NCBI GenBank assembly: GCA_045656865.1
Contig: JAZOSB010000025.1
Span: forward strand, 8,032-72,031
Reading direction: 5' to 3'
Length of the DNA: 64,000 nt
Source: Clostridia bacterium
GTDB lineage: Bacteria > Bacillota > Clostridia > UMGS1883
Positions within the stretch are counted from its first letter, which is position 1. Every line of letters begins with the position of its first letter. Under the pieces are notes generated by a model. The model saw only the letters and a list, made by a program, of their open reading frames with translations. It searched no databases and was not told the origin of the DNA. Position numbers and translations under genes: made by a program. Shown here piece after piece: positions 10,524-20,594 of this stretch.

Positions 10524-11447
10524 TTAGTTAAACAATTCTGTGCTTAAATACCTTTCTCCGCTGTCGGGCAGAAGAACAACAATTGTTTTTCCTTTATTTT
10601 CTTCTCTTTCGGCAAGGATTTTTGCACCGTGGAGTGCCGCACCTGAGGAAATTCCCACAAGAAAGCCCTCTTTGGTGGCGAGGGAACGACCTGCAGTAAA
10701 TGCATCCTCTGCCTCAATTGTGATTATTTCATCGCAGATAGCTTTGTCAAAGGTGTCGGGGATAAAGTTTGCACCTATTCCCTGTATTTTATGGCTTCCG
10801 CTTCTGCCCTCTGTTATAAGTGGGGAGGAAGCAGGCTCAATCCCCACAATTTTTATGTTGGGATTTTTTTCTTTCAGATATTTTCCCGTACCGCTTATTG
10901 TACCGCCCGTGCCGATTCCCGCAACGAATATATCAATATTTCCCTCAGTATCTTCCCATATTTCAGGGCCTGTCGTTTCATAATGTGCTTGTGGATTGTC
11001 GGGGTTTACGAATTGTCCCGCAATAAAGCTTCCTGCATATTTTTCCTTAAGCTCGTTTGCTTTTTCCACAGCACCGTTCATTCCAAGGCTTCCCTCGGTC
11101 AAAACGATTTCTGCTCCGTAGGCTTTAAGGAGATTTCTCCTTTCGACACTCATTGTGTCGGGCATAGTGAGAATCACCTTGTACCCCTTTGCCGCCGCTA
11201 CGGAGGCAAGCCCTATGCCTGTGTTTCCGCTGGTGGGCTCAATAATCACGCTGCCCTCTGTAAGAAGTCCCTTTTTCTCGGCTTCCTCAATCATTTTTAC
11301 TGCAATGCGGTCCTTTGCACTTCCCGCAGGGTTCATACATTCAAGCTTGGCAATGATTTTTGCCCCGAGATTATTCTCTTTTTCATAATTGCAAAGCTCT
11401 AAAAGTGGTGTTTTTCCCACAAGTTGGGTAATTTGTGTATATATCAT
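10524..11447 (-). CDS. cysK: Cysteine synthase A (O-acetylserine sulfhydrylase)
   Basis: 307 aa. PLP-lysine region NPAGSAKDR and the TSGNTGIGLA loop. Confidence 0.93.
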   Translation of the reverse strand: MIYTQITQLVGKTPLLELCNYEKENNLGAKIIAKLECMNPAGSAKDRIAVKMIEEAEKKGLLTEGSVIIEPTSGNTGIGLASVAAAKGYKVILTMPDTMSVERRNLLKAYGAEIVLTEGSLGMNGAVEKANELKEKYAGSFIAGQFVNPDNPQAHYETTGPEIWEDTEGNIDIFVAGIGTGGTISGTGKYLKEKNPNIKIVGIEPASSPLITEGRSGSHKIQGIGANFIPDTFDKAICDEIITIEAEDAFTAGRSLATKEGFLVGISSGAALHGAKILAEREENKGKTIVVLLPDSGERYLSTELFN

Positions 11448-11459
11448 AAAATATCACCT

Positions 11460-11951
11460 TTAATAACCTAATTTGTCACCGAGGCTATCATCATTTTCAA
11501 TCCAGTCTTTTTCAACATCGAAAATCTCATAATTATTTTCGTCACGGCGCACAATAACCTTGGCAATGCCGGCGTTTATAATATGTCTTTTACACATTGC
11601 ACAGCTTGTTGCATCGTGTACAAGCTCGCCTGTCTTACAATCCCTGCCTGCAAGATATAGCGTTGCACCAATCATATCACGGCGTGGCGCACTTATAATT
11701 GCATTTGCCTCACTATGTACGCTTCTGCACAGCTCGTAGCGTTCCCCTCTGGGAACCTGAAGCTGTTCTCTGCGACAGTAACCGAGGTCCATACAGTTTT
11801 TCCTGCCGCGTGGCGCACCTGTGTAGCCTGTGGATATAATTTCATCGTTCTTCACTATAATAGAACCGTAATTTCTGCGAAGACACGTGCCTCTCTCCAG
11901 TACGGTTGTAGCTATATCAAGATAATAATTGTGTTTGTCTCTTCTTTCCAT
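11460..11951 (-). CDS. dCMP deaminase (ComEB-type)
   Basis: 163 aa with the zinc motifs HSEANAI and CAMCKRHI. Confidence 0.88.
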   Translation of the reverse strand: MERRDKHNYYLDIATTVLERGTCLRRNYGSIIVKNDEIISTGYTGAPRGRKNCMDLGYCRREQLQVPRGERYELCRSVHSEANAIISAPRRDMIGATLYLAGRDCKTGELVHDATSCAMCKRHIINAGIAKVIVRRDENNYEIFDVEKDWIENDDSLGDKLGY

Positions 11952-12022
11952 AGGTAATATACCCCCTTTTTATATATTTTATAATATATCGGGCTTTTTG
12001 TCAATTGAAGAGGGAATAACAA

Positions 12023-12051
12023 TTGACAAATTCATTGCCGTTTGGTAAAAT
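12023..12051 (+). promoter_or_regulatory. SigA-type promoter for proS
   Basis: TTGACA, a 17-nt spacer, then TAAAAT, ending 40 nt upstream of the proS ATG. The -35 lies within an inverted repeat (TTGTCAATTG...CAATTGACAA). Confidence 0.65.
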
Positions 12052-12090
12052 ATAATAGACTTATAATATATTTCTAAGGGGATTTTAACC

Positions 12091-13527
12091 ATGAGCAAAG
12101 AAAAGAAATTAGTTGAAGAAATTACATCAATGGATGAGGATTTTGCCCGTTGGTATACCGACATTGTAAAAAAGGCAGACCTCATCGAATATACAAGCAT
12201 CAAGGGATGCTGTGTGTTCCGTCCATATGCATATGCACTGTGGGAAAACATTCAGCACGTTCTTGACAGTAAGTTCAAGGAGCTTGGTCACGAGAATGTA
12301 TATATGCCTATGTTCATTCCCGAGAGCCTTCTTGAAAAGGAAAAGGACCACGTTGAGGGCTTTGCTCCCGAGGTTGCGTGGGTAACACACGGCGGTCACG
12401 AAAAGCTTCAGGAAAGAATGTGTGTACGTCCCACAAGTGAAACGCTTTTCTGTGAGCATTACAGCAATATCATTCAGTCACACCGCGATCTGCCCAAGCT
12501 TTATAATCAGTGGTGCAGTGTTGTAAGATGGGAGAAAACAACCCGTCCATTCCTCCGCAGCATGGAATTTTTGTGGCAAGAGGGTCATACAGCACACGCA
12601 ACAGCTGAAGAAGCACAGGAAGAAACAATCCGTATGCTTAATGTATATGCAGATTTCTGTGAACAGTACCTTGCAATCCCTGTTGTTAAGGGAAGAAAGA
12701 CAGACAAGGAAAAGTTTGCAGGTGCAGTTGCAACATACACTATCGAAAGCCTTATGCACGACGGAAAGGCACTTCAGTCCGGCACAAGCCACAACTTCGG
12801 TGACGGCTTTGCAAAGGCATTCGGTATTCAGTATTCAGACAAGGATAACAAGCTTCAGCACGTATTCCAGACATCATGGGGCGTAACAACCCGTCTTATC
12901 GGTGCACTCATTATGGTACACGGTGACAACAGCGGTCTTGTACTTCCTCCACGAATTGCTCCCAAGCAGGTTATGATTGTGCCCATTGCAATGCATAAAG
13001 AGGGTGTTTGCGAGAAGGCAACAGAGCTTTGCGATATGATTAAAAAGACTCTTCGTGCGGACATTGACCTTTCTGATAAGACACCAGGCTGGAAATTTGC
13101 GGAATATGAGATGAAGGGTATCCCCGTAAGACTTGAAATAGGTCCCAAGGATATTGAAAATAACAGTTGTGTACTCGTAAGACGTGATACAGGCGAAAAA
13201 ATAAGCGCATCCCTTGACGGTATCGAGGAAACGATTGCAAAGCTTCTTGAGGATATTCAGAATAACCTCTTCAACAAGGCTCTAGAGCATCGTAATGAGC
13301 ATACTTATACCGCAACCGATTACGATTCCTTTAAGGAAATTGTGGAAACAAAGCCCGGCTTTGTAAAATCTATGTGGTGCGGTGACGAGGCGTGCGAAAA
13401 CAAGATTAAGGAAGATACAGGTGCAACCGCACGTTGTATGCCCTTTGAGCAGGAAGACTTAGGCGAAACCTGTGTTTGCTGCGGTAAAAAGGCAAAGACA
13501 ATGGTTTACTGGGGCAGAGCATATTAA
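12091..13527 (+). CDS. proS: Proline--tRNA ligase (archaeal/eukaryote-like type, no INS editing domain)
   Basis: 478 aa with class II aaRS motifs and a C-terminal zinc-binding domain (CGDEACE...CVCCGKKA). The size and ending (VYWGRAY) are typical of the short ProRS form. Confidence 0.93.
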   Translation: MSKEKKLVEEITSMDEDFARWYTDIVKKADLIEYTSIKGCCVFRPYAYALWENIQHVLDSKFKELGHENVYMPMFIPESLLEKEKDHVEGFAPEVAWVTHGGHEKLQERMCVRPTSETLFCEHYSNIIQSHRDLPKLYNQWCSVVRWEKTTRPFLRSMEFLWQEGHTAHATAEEAQEETIRMLNVYADFCEQYLAIPVVKGRKTDKEKFAGAVATYTIESLMHDGKALQSGTSHNFGDGFAKAFGIQYSDKDNKLQHVFQTSWGVTTRLIGALIMVHGDNSGLVLPPRIAPKQVMIVPIAMHKEGVCEKATELCDMIKKTLRADIDLSDKTPGWKFAEYEMKGIPVRLEIGPKDIENNSCVLVRRDTGEKISASLDGIEETIAKLLEDIQNNLFNKALEHRNEHTYTATDYDSFKEIVETKPGFVKSMWCGDEACENKIKEDTGATARCMPFEQEDLGETCVCCGKKAKTMVYWGRAY

Positions 13528-13555
13528 TTTATAAATACACAAAAGATAAGGGGGA

Positions 13556-14614
13556 ATGAAGATGTCAGCATATTATTATGCATATGGGACACTTTTAGTT
13601 CTTTTGGCGGCGTTTATCCCGGGCATTATAGCGGCAGGAAAGGAACACCGTTTTTCAAGGTGGTATGTTTACGGGCTTTTTCTGCTTCCTGTTGCGTTTG
13701 TTCATTCCCTGATTCTTAAAAAACCCATACACATAATCAACGTTATAACTCACGACAAGGAAAACCCCACCAAAAGAAAGAGGAAATCCTATCGTGCAGT
13801 ACCTGCAGAGAAAAAGAAAATCACCATTTCCCCCAAATATCTGTATATGGTATTTTTCTCAAAACTGATATTCGGTGCGTTTGTGGCACTTTCCGTATTT
13901 GCCATATTCAGAGCATTCGTTCTGAGTACGGACTCTCTGAAATTGGCGTGTACGATTTTTGCCGTGATTTTCTCGGTGCTGCTTTCCATTGTTGAACTGT
14001 GCAGGTTTTCAAGATTGCCGCATATGGCGGACGAGATTACAAAGAGAGCATTGATAACGGTTATGATTTCCGTTTTTGCGTCACTTCCCATTTATCTTAT
14101 CAAGAAATTTGTCTTAGATAACATAGTACCTCAAAATTACTCGGATTTTGTGCGTTTTGTCTGCACAATAGTATCCTTTGTGATTTTTATAGCACTTCTT
14201 ATGCGGAAACAACAGCTTTATTATTCTGTGTTTGCACGTTTTTCAGATTACTGTATGCTGAGTATATTTGCATATGCGATTTTTGCGGCAATCTCACTTA
14301 TATGGATGTCGATTTCAGAAATCAGCCGTCTTATTTATGCAGTGGCAATGCCTATGCAGATTTTCAATATGGGATATTTCGAGGGTGTTGAAATCATAGG
14401 AAAGCTTTCCTACATATACTCAACGGCGTTTGTTCATCTGTGCATAGTAGTTTTTCTTCTTTTCTCGGGGTTGATGTGCAAAAGATATAAGAGAAAAGAG
14501 CTTGAAGCAAGAATTGAGTATCGTAGCAAGGCTTTCAGAATGTCCAGGAAGAGGATTCTTCGCAGGCATATCAGAAAGCTTGATGGTGCAGCGGCAAGAC
14601 CGCTTAGGATTTAA
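13556..14614 (+). CDS. Polytopic membrane protein of unknown function
   Basis: 352 aa with about 8 hydrophobic segments. It has a basic loop (KRKRKSYR) and a basic C-terminal tail. I recognise no family. Confidence 0.55.
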   Translation: MKMSAYYYAYGTLLVLLAAFIPGIIAAGKEHRFSRWYVYGLFLLPVAFVHSLILKKPIHIINVITHDKENPTKRKRKSYRAVPAEKKKITISPKYLYMVFFSKLIFGAFVALSVFAIFRAFVLSTDSLKLACTIFAVIFSVLLSIVELCRFSRLPHMADEITKRALITVMISVFASLPIYLIKKFVLDNIVPQNYSDFVRFVCTIVSFVIFIALLMRKQQLYYSVFARFSDYCMLSIFAYAIFAAISLIWMSISEISRLIYAVAMPMQIFNMGYFEGVEIIGKLSYIYSTAFVHLCIVVFLLFSGLMCKRYKRKELEARIEYRSKAFRMSRKRILRRHIRKLDGAAARPLRI

Positions 14615-14620
14615 ATGAAG

Positions 14621-14655
14621 AACGGAGTGAAAACTATGTTTTCACTCCGTTTTGT
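14621..14655. terminator. Bidirectional terminator between convergent genes
   Basis: AACGGAGTGAAAA(C)-TATG-TTTTCACTCCGTT followed by TTTG. Confidence 0.85.
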
Positions 14656-16013
14656 CATTTCAATGCTTCAACAATTTTCGGGAAATCCATAAAATGAGAT
14701 GCCTTGATTAAAATTGCATCACCGTCTTTTAAAATTCCGTCTGACTTTTCAAGGAATTCCTCCTTAGTGGCAAACCACAGTGCATTGCCGCCCCTTTCCA
14801 CACATCCTGTGTAAATGTGTTTTGAAAGCTCGCCGATTGCTATAAGCAGGTCAACCTTACTCTTTGCGGCATATTCACCAACACTTTTGTGAAGATATTT
14901 TTCATCAGCACCAAGCTCTCCCATATCACCGAAAATTGCAACACTTCTAAGGTAACCGTCGGTTTTTGTGAGCAGGTCAATACCGCTCATCATTGACTGG
15001 GGTGCCGCATTGTAGCAGTCGTCAATAAGGGTGTAGCGGGAAGCTTTTATTATATTTGTTCTTCCGCTTAGGGCTTTTGCGGTGGAGATACCCTCCTCAA
15101 TCTGACTGTGGGTAAGTCCGAGCCAGCTTCCTGCCGCCATTGCCGCCATTGCCGCAAAAAGAACGTGTCTGCCCGGAACGGAAATATGGCAGGAATACCT
15201 CTCACCGAACATCAGTGCAACAAAATCCGTTCCGTCAAAACCGTGTTCGTAAAAAGATTCTATGTAAATGTCGTTGTCAGATTCAAAGCCGTAATCACAG
15301 CGGTTAGGTCTGTCGAGAGTTCTTAAAAGGTCGTCGTCGCCGTTAAGTATACAGCGTGAGGTCCTGCTCATATGCTCGAAAATCTCGCTTTTTGCCTTTA
15401 GAATATTTTCCCTCGAGCCCAGGTTCTCAATATGAGATATGCCGATATTTGTCATAATACACATATTGGGAAGAGCGATGGAGGAAAGAAGCCCCATCTC
15501 ACCGAAGTGATTCATTCCCATTTCAACTACGGCAATTTCCGTATCGGGAAGAATTGACATAATCGTAAGGGGAAGTCCCAATCCGTTGTTGAAATTACCC
15601 TCGGTCTTTATAACCTTGTATTTCTGGCACAGAACGGAAGCTACAATCTCCTTTGTCGTAGTTTTTCCCACACTGCCTGTAATACCGATAACAGTAATAT
15701 TAAGCTTCTTTCTGTATGCGCGGGCAATGTCCTGAAGTGCGGTCACAGGGTCATTTACCACTACGCAGGGGTAATCGTCATAGGCACGGTCGGTAACCAC
15801 GCAAAGAGCACCCTTTTCCACCGCAGAGGGGATGTAGTTGTATCCGTCTGTCTTTTCACCCTTGATGGCAACAAAAAGGCTTCCCGGACCTGCCTTTCTG
15901 CTGTCAATTACCGTGGTGGTAATTTTTTGGTCAAGCAGGGTGCAGTCCCCTGTGAAAATACCCTTTGTTGCCGCCAATATTTCTCTTATAGTAAAATCAA
16001 TTTTTGTGGTCAT
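14655..16013 (-). CDS. murF: UDP-N-acetylmuramoyl-tripeptide--D-alanyl-D-alanine ligase
   Basis: Mur ligase P-loop GITGSVGKTTTKE. I chose the ATG at 16013 (MTTKIDF), which is preceded by GGAGG, over the track start at 16103. Confidence 0.9.
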   Translation of the reverse strand: MTTKIDFTIREILAATKGIFTGDCTLLDQKITTTVIDSRKAGPGSLFVAIKGEKTDGYNYIPSAVEKGALCVVTDRAYDDYPCVVVNDPVTALQDIARAYRKKLNITVIGITGSVGKTTTKEIVASVLCQKYKVIKTEGNFNNGLGLPLTIMSILPDTEIAVVEMGMNHFGEMGLLSSIALPNMCIMTNIGISHIENLGSRENILKAKSEIFEHMSRTSRCILNGDDDLLRTLDRPNRCDYGFESDNDIYIESFYEHGFDGTDFVALMFGERYSCHISVPGRHVLFAAMAAMAAGSWLGLTHSQIEEGISTAKALSGRTNIIKASRYTLIDDCYNAAPQSMMSGIDLLTKTDGYLRSVAIFGDMGELGADEKYLHKSVGEYAAKSKVDLLIAIGELSKHIYTGCVERGGNALWFATKEEFLEKSDGILKDGDAILIKASHFMDFPKIVEALK

Positions 16014-16138
16014 AATAATACCTCCACAATGTTTCTGGCAATCTTTTTTATAAAGAATATGCTTTGTAAAGTGGCTTATTCCGTTTTTTATACTCAAAAA
16101 CACAAACGGAGTGTCCGTGGGACACTCCGTTTTATTAC

Positions 16139-18247
16139 TTATTCTTCTTCTGCTGCGTCAGCTTCTGCTGCGAGGATAGCATCTTTTCTTGAGAAGTTGT
16201 AGCGTCCCATACGGTCAACCTCTACAAGCATTACGTTAATCTGGTCGCCTACATTTACAATGTCTGTAACCTTTTCAACTCTCTTGGTGTCAAGCTTGCT
16301 GATGTGAACAAGACCTTCCTTGCCGGGAAGATATTCAACAAATGCACCAAATTCCATAATCTTTGTAACTGTTGCGCTGAAAATATCGCCGATTTCAATG
16401 TCACCTGCAATACCGCGAACGATACGAAGTGCTTTTTCAGCTGCTTCACCGTCTGTTGTTGCAAAGAATACTGTACCGTTGTCTTCGATGTCAATCTTAA
16501 CGCCTGTTTCAGCAACAATTCTCTGAATAACTTTACCGCCGCTGCCGATAACCTCGCGAATCTTCTCAGGGTCGATTGTTGTGGAAATAATCTTGGGAGC
16601 GTACTTGGAAAGCTGATGACGAGGCTCAGAAATGCAAGGAAGCATACATTCGTCAAGAATCTTGATTCTTGCTTCTCTTGTCTTCTCTAAAGCTTCGCGG
16701 ATGATTTCGGGTGTAAGACCGTCAATCTTGATATCAACCTGAATAGCTGTGATACCGTCTTTTGTACCTGCTACCTTAAAGTCCATATCGCCGAAGAAGT
16801 CCTCAAGGCCCTGAATGTCAACCATTGTAATGTAACGGTCGCCCTCAGTTACAAGACCGCAGGAAATACCTGCAACGGGTGCCTTAATCGGAACGCCTGC
16901 ATCCATAAGTGCAAGTGTACTACCGCAGATACTACCCTGAGAGGTAGAGCCGTTGGAGGAAAGAACCTCGGATACAAGACGGAGTGTGTAGGGGAATTCC
17001 TCAGTAGAGGGAATAACGGGAACGAGAGCCTTTTCAGCAAGTGCACCGTGACCGATTTCTCTTCTTCCGGGGCCGCGGCTTGCTCTTGTTTCGCCAACGG
17101 AGTAGGAGGGGAAATTGTAGTGGTGCATATATCTCTTTGTTTCTTCGTCGTCAATACCGTCAAGAAGCTGTTCCTCGGAAACCATACCGAGAGTACAGGT
17201 TGTAAGTACCTGCGTCTGTCCGCGTGTGAACATACCGCTACCGTGTGTTCTGGGAAGAATACCAACCTCGGATGCGAGGGGACGGATGTCGTTAAGACCA
17301 CGACCGTCAACTCTCTTTCCGTCGTCAAGAATCCAGCGACGAACAACGTATTTCTGGAGCTTGTAAAGAGCTTCGTCAATTACGCCTTCCATTTCGGGGA
17401 ATCTGTCTGCGAGAGCCTCATATACGAAAGAGTAAACTTCCTTGAGATTTTCTTCACGAATGTTCTTATCATCTGTGTCAAGAGCTGCTCTTACCTTTTC
17501 AATTGCAATTTCCTTAACTGCCTCAAAAACATCTTCGGGAACTTCCATATGCTCATAATCGAACTTGGGCTTACCGATTTCTTTCTGAATACCTTCGATA
17601 AACTGACACATCTTGGAAATTTCTTTGTGTGCAGCCATAATACCCTCAAACACAAGGTCTTCGGGAACGCAGTTTGCACCTGCTTCAATCATATTAACCT
17701 TTTCCTTGGTGCCTGCAATTGTGAGGAACATCTCACTCTTGTCACGCTGTTCCTTGGTGGGGTTAACAACAACTTTTCCGTCTACAAGACCAACAGTTGC
17801 ACCTGCGATAGGACCTGCAAAGGGAACAGAAGAGATAGAAATAGCAATAGATGCACCTATCATAGCTGTTACGACGGGGTCATTATCAGGCTCAACACTC
17901 ATAACGGTTGTTACAACTGCAACATCGTTACGAAGGTCCTTGGGGAAAAGAGGACGGATGGGACGGTCGATACATCTTGAAGCAAGGATTGCCTTTTCAG
18001 TAGGACGGCCCTCTCTCTTTAAGAAGCTGCCGGGGATTTTACCAACAGCGTAAAGCTTTTCTTCATAATCTACTGCCAGAGGGAAGAAATCAACGCCCTC
18101 TCTGGGCTTTGCGGATGCTGTTGCTGTCGCGTGAACAACAGTTTCACCGTAACGAACAAGACAGCTGCCGCCTGCGAGCTGTGCCATTTTACCTGTTTCA
18201 ACAACAAGGGGTCTGCCGCAGAACTCTGTTTCAAAAGTCTTAAACAT
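16139..18247 (-). CDS. pnp: Polyribonucleotide nucleotidyltransferase (PNPase)
   Basis: 702 aa with two RNase PH domains plus KH and S1 domains. It lies downstream of rpsO, as in most bacteria. Confidence 0.96.
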   Translation of the reverse strand: MFKTFETEFCGRPLVVETGKMAQLAGGSCLVRYGETVVHATATASAKPREGVDFFPLAVDYEEKLYAVGKIPGSFLKREGRPTEKAILASRCIDRPIRPLFPKDLRNDVAVVTTVMSVEPDNDPVVTAMIGASIAISISSVPFAGPIAGATVGLVDGKVVVNPTKEQRDKSEMFLTIAGTKEKVNMIEAGANCVPEDLVFEGIMAAHKEISKMCQFIEGIQKEIGKPKFDYEHMEVPEDVFEAVKEIAIEKVRAALDTDDKNIREENLKEVYSFVYEALADRFPEMEGVIDEALYKLQKYVVRRWILDDGKRVDGRGLNDIRPLASEVGILPRTHGSGMFTRGQTQVLTTCTLGMVSEEQLLDGIDDEETKRYMHHYNFPSYSVGETRASRGPGRREIGHGALAEKALVPVIPSTEEFPYTLRLVSEVLSSNGSTSQGSICGSTLALMDAGVPIKAPVAGISCGLVTEGDRYITMVDIQGLEDFFGDMDFKVAGTKDGITAIQVDIKIDGLTPEIIREALEKTREARIKILDECMLPCISEPRHQLSKYAPKIISTTIDPEKIREVIGSGGKVIQRIVAETGVKIDIEDNGTVFFATTDGEAAEKALRIVRGIAGDIEIGDIFSATVTKIMEFGAFVEYLPGKEGLVHISKLDTKRVEKVTDIVNVGDQINVMLVEVDRMGRYNFSRKDAILAAEADAAEEE

Positions 18248-18278
18248 AACTATACCTCCAAATAAAATAAATTTTGTT

Positions 18279-18364
18279 CGAAAGGGTAGTTGTTTACCAC
18301 TTAAGAAAACTGAAAACCAAAGGGTTGTCCTCTTTCTTAAGTGCTAAGCGTAACCGCCCTTCCG
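18279..18364 (-). promoter_or_regulatory. Structured pnp 5-prime leader (nested stem)
   Basis: An 11-bp inner stem CACTTAAGAAA/TTTCTTAAGTG is enclosed by CGAAAGGG/CCCTTCCG. The single non-Watson-Crick position becomes G-U only on the minus (pnp sense) strand. Confidence 0.6.
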
Positions 18365-18388
18365 AGAAATACCTAAAAAGTCATTAAT

Positions 18389-18416
18389 ATGTCGGAGGGA
18401 ATCCTCCCTCCGACAT
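18389..18416 (-). terminator. rpsO terminator/attenuator
   Basis: A 12-bp stem ATGTCGGAGGGA/TCCCTCCGACAT with a 4-nt loop, 26 nt after the rpsO stop. Confidence 0.8.
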
Positions 18417-18441
18417 AAGACTACTGACTTCCTTATTGAGA

Positions 18442-18705
18442 TTACTTTCTGAGTCCGAGCTTTTCAACGATTGCACGGTAACGGTTGATGTCAACCTTTG
18501 TAAGGTAGTTGAGAAGACCTCTTCTCTGACCAACCATCTTAAGAAGACCGCGTCTTGAATGATGGTCCTTCTTGTAAACCTTGAGATGCTCGTTGAGGTG
18601 ATTGATTCTCTCTGTGAGAATAGCAATCTGAACCTCGGGAGAACCTGTGTCACCCTCGTGAAGCTTGTACTGGTCGATAATGCTCTGCTTTGTTTCCTTT
18701 AACAT
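18442..18705 (-). CDS. rpsO: 30S ribosomal protein S15
   Basis: 87 aa from [28 protein letters not shown]. The longer ORF-track form (to 18783) is an upstream in-frame artefact. Confidence 0.95.
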   Translation of the reverse strand: MLKETKQSIIDQYKLHEGDTGSPEVQIAILTERINHLNEHLKVYKKDHHSRRGLLKMVGQRRGLLNYLTKVDINRYRAIVEKLGLRK

Positions 18706-18848
18706 AGTAAAGAAACCTCCTAATAATATATTTCGGCAAAACCTCCGGAAGCCAAGATATGGGTTGGAGAAACCGCAAACCATAGTAACCGGATAATATG
18801 CCGTCTATCATCTTAACACAAGAGTATAATTTTGTCAATAGTTAAAAT

Positions 18849-19553
18849 TCATTTTTCCTTTTTGACAAAATTGAGGGGGATAAGGTCATCGTCAAGAGGG
18901 TGCATTGCGTATCCCTCACTCCGTAAAACCTCCAGTAAGTCGGGGAGAAGCCGTGCGGTACTTTTCCTGTCGTGAAGAAGTATCACGGGACTGCCCTTGC
19001 ATTTTTTAAGGTCACGGCGCAGATTTGACATAATCCTTTCAGGAATTATTTTTCCTACGCTGTCTCGTGGGTCTACATTCCAGTCCCACAGAATATATTC
19101 GTTTTCCTCGAGAATTTCAGCCTGCCTTTTTGTAAGGCGGTATCCCGAACCATAGGGTACGCGGACAAGCTTTATGTCTTCGCCCAGAAGATTGTAAAGA
19201 GCTTTGTTTGTTTTCTCCATTTCTTCCAAAGGAGAGGTAGGGGTACTGTAAATTGCCTCACTATGGCTTACCCCGTGAAGCCCGAGGGCATTTTTGCTGT
19301 AATAAATCTGCTTTATAAAGTCGGGATATTGGATTATTCTTTCCTCCAGCACGAAAAAGGTTGCCTTTGCCCCGTATTTGTCAAGAGTTTTTAAAATATC
19401 GGGGGTGTTCAGCGTAGGCCCGTCGTCAAATGTGATGTAGGCAACCTTTTCGGCGGGCTCCTTTGCAAAAGCGAATTGAAGAAAAAGAAAAAGCGGCAAC
19501 AGGAGAGTTGCCGCCAGAATATACTTTACGCGGTTTTGTTTCATAATCAGCAC
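18849..19553 (-). CDS. Polysaccharide deacetylase family protein (secreted; PdaB-like candidate)
   Basis: 234 aa with a signal peptide and NodB motifs (TFDDGP, HGVSH). It lies directly downstream of spoVAD. Confidence 0.8.
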   Translation of the reverse strand: MLIMKQNRVKYILAATLLLPLFLFLQFAFAKEPAEKVAYITFDDGPTLNTPDILKTLDKYGAKATFFVLEERIIQYPDFIKQIYYSKNALGLHGVSHSEAIYSTPTSPLEEMEKTNKALYNLLGEDIKLVRVPYGSGYRLTKRQAEILEENEYILWDWNVDPRDSVGKIIPERIMSNLRRDLKKCKGSPVILLHDRKSTARLLPDLLEVLRSEGYAMHPLDDDLIPLNFVKKEK

Positions 19554-19585
19554 CTCTTATAAAGCATATTTAATAAGAAGTAACT

Positions 19586-20590
19586 TTATGCTTCTAATGA
19601 TATTGCGTGGGAGATTGAAGGAATACTTTCTCCCTGCATTGTGGAGGTAGGACTCATAAGTGCGCCTGTTGCTGCAAAAAGAACACGGCGGAGATTACCT
19701 TTTCTCATTTCGGGCAAAATATATCCGCACAACATTGATGCGGCACATCCGCAGCCGCTTCCGCCTGCGTGGGTGTCCTGTGTTTTCTTGTCAAAAATCA
19801 GCGCACCGCAGTCGTTATATTTTCCAAGAGTGTCAATCTTGTCACGAAGGAAAAGCTCTTCAGCAATGCTTTTTCCGATAAGTCCCAAATCGCCCGACAC
19901 CACAAGGTCATAATAGGAAAAATCCCTTCCCGTAGCATTAAAATGATTTTTTATGGTATCAGTAAATGCAGGTGCCATCGCCGCACCCATATTGCCGATG
20001 TCCTTAATTCCCATATCAACAATTTTTCCGCAGGTGACACAGTCTATAAAAGGTCCGTCACCCTCGCTTCCCAACACGACACTTCCGCTTCCCGTTACAG
20101 TCCATTGTGCGTTGGGAGTCCGCTGACCGCCGTATTCGAGAGGGGTGCGGAATTGCTTTTCCGCACTGCAGAAATTACTGCTTGTCGCACAGAGAACCCG
20201 CTTTCCGCCGCCACCTCCGAGAATCAGGCTTCCCAAGAGCATACTTTCAGCCATTGTCGAGCAGGCACCATAAATCCCCAGAAAGGGAATCCCCAGACTT
20301 CTTAAAGCATAGCCAGATGAGGTGCATTGGTTAAGCAGGTCTCCCGACAGGGAAAAGTCAATATCCTCTGCTTTAAAACCGCCTTTTTTCAGGGTAAGAG
20401 CTACACTTCTGCGGAGATTTTCACTCTCTGCCTTTTCCCAGGTTTCCTGCCCGAAATATGCATCCTCCTCCACCTCATCAAAATATTTTCCGTAAGGTCC
20501 GTCACCCTCTTTTTTCCCCACAACGGCAGAAAATGACAGGACAGAAGGTCTGTTATCGAAAACAACTGTTCCGTTTCCAAGATTTTTCAT
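19586..20590 (-). CDS. spoVAD: Stage V sporulation protein AD
   Basis: 334 aa, thiolase-like. The N-terminus (VVFDNRPSVLSFSAVVGKKEGDGP) is typical of SpoVAD, and it follows spoVAC. Confidence 0.9.
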   Translation of the reverse strand: MKNLGNGTVVFDNRPSVLSFSAVVGKKEGDGPYGKYFDEVEEDAYFGQETWEKAESENLRRSVALTLKKGGFKAEDIDFSLSGDLLNQCTSSGYALRSLGIPFLGIYGACSTMAESMLLGSLILGGGGGKRVLCATSSNFCSAEKQFRTPLEYGGQRTPNAQWTVTGSGSVVLGSEGDGPFIDCVTCGKIVDMGIKDIGNMGAAMAPAFTDTIKNHFNATGRDFSYYDLVVSGDLGLIGKSIAEELFLRDKIDTLGKYNDCGALIFDKKTQDTHAGGSGCGCAASMLCGYILPEMRKGNLRRVLFAATGALMSPTSTMQGESIPSISHAISLEA

Positions 20591-20594
20591 TGTG

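Noticed and set aside
11952-12090. T-box, L-box or other riboswitches upstream of proS, lysA (53960-54103), hom/aspartokinase (7510-7587) and cysK
   Set aside because: The leaders are 40-140 nt, too short for these elements. They also lack the conserved cores as far as I can see (T-box sequence, lysine-riboswitch junction).
17048-17980. 310-aa plus-strand ORF inside pnp. Similar long antisense ORFs occur at 60677-61684 (in valS), 33373-34074 (in pfkA), 6688-7401 (in rsmI), 55369-55932, 57500-58147 and 49490-50098.
   Set aside because: All are antisense to genes with strong family signatures. Their composition is Cys/Asn/Phe-biased, as expected from reverse-complement reading frames, and they lack ribosome-binding sites.
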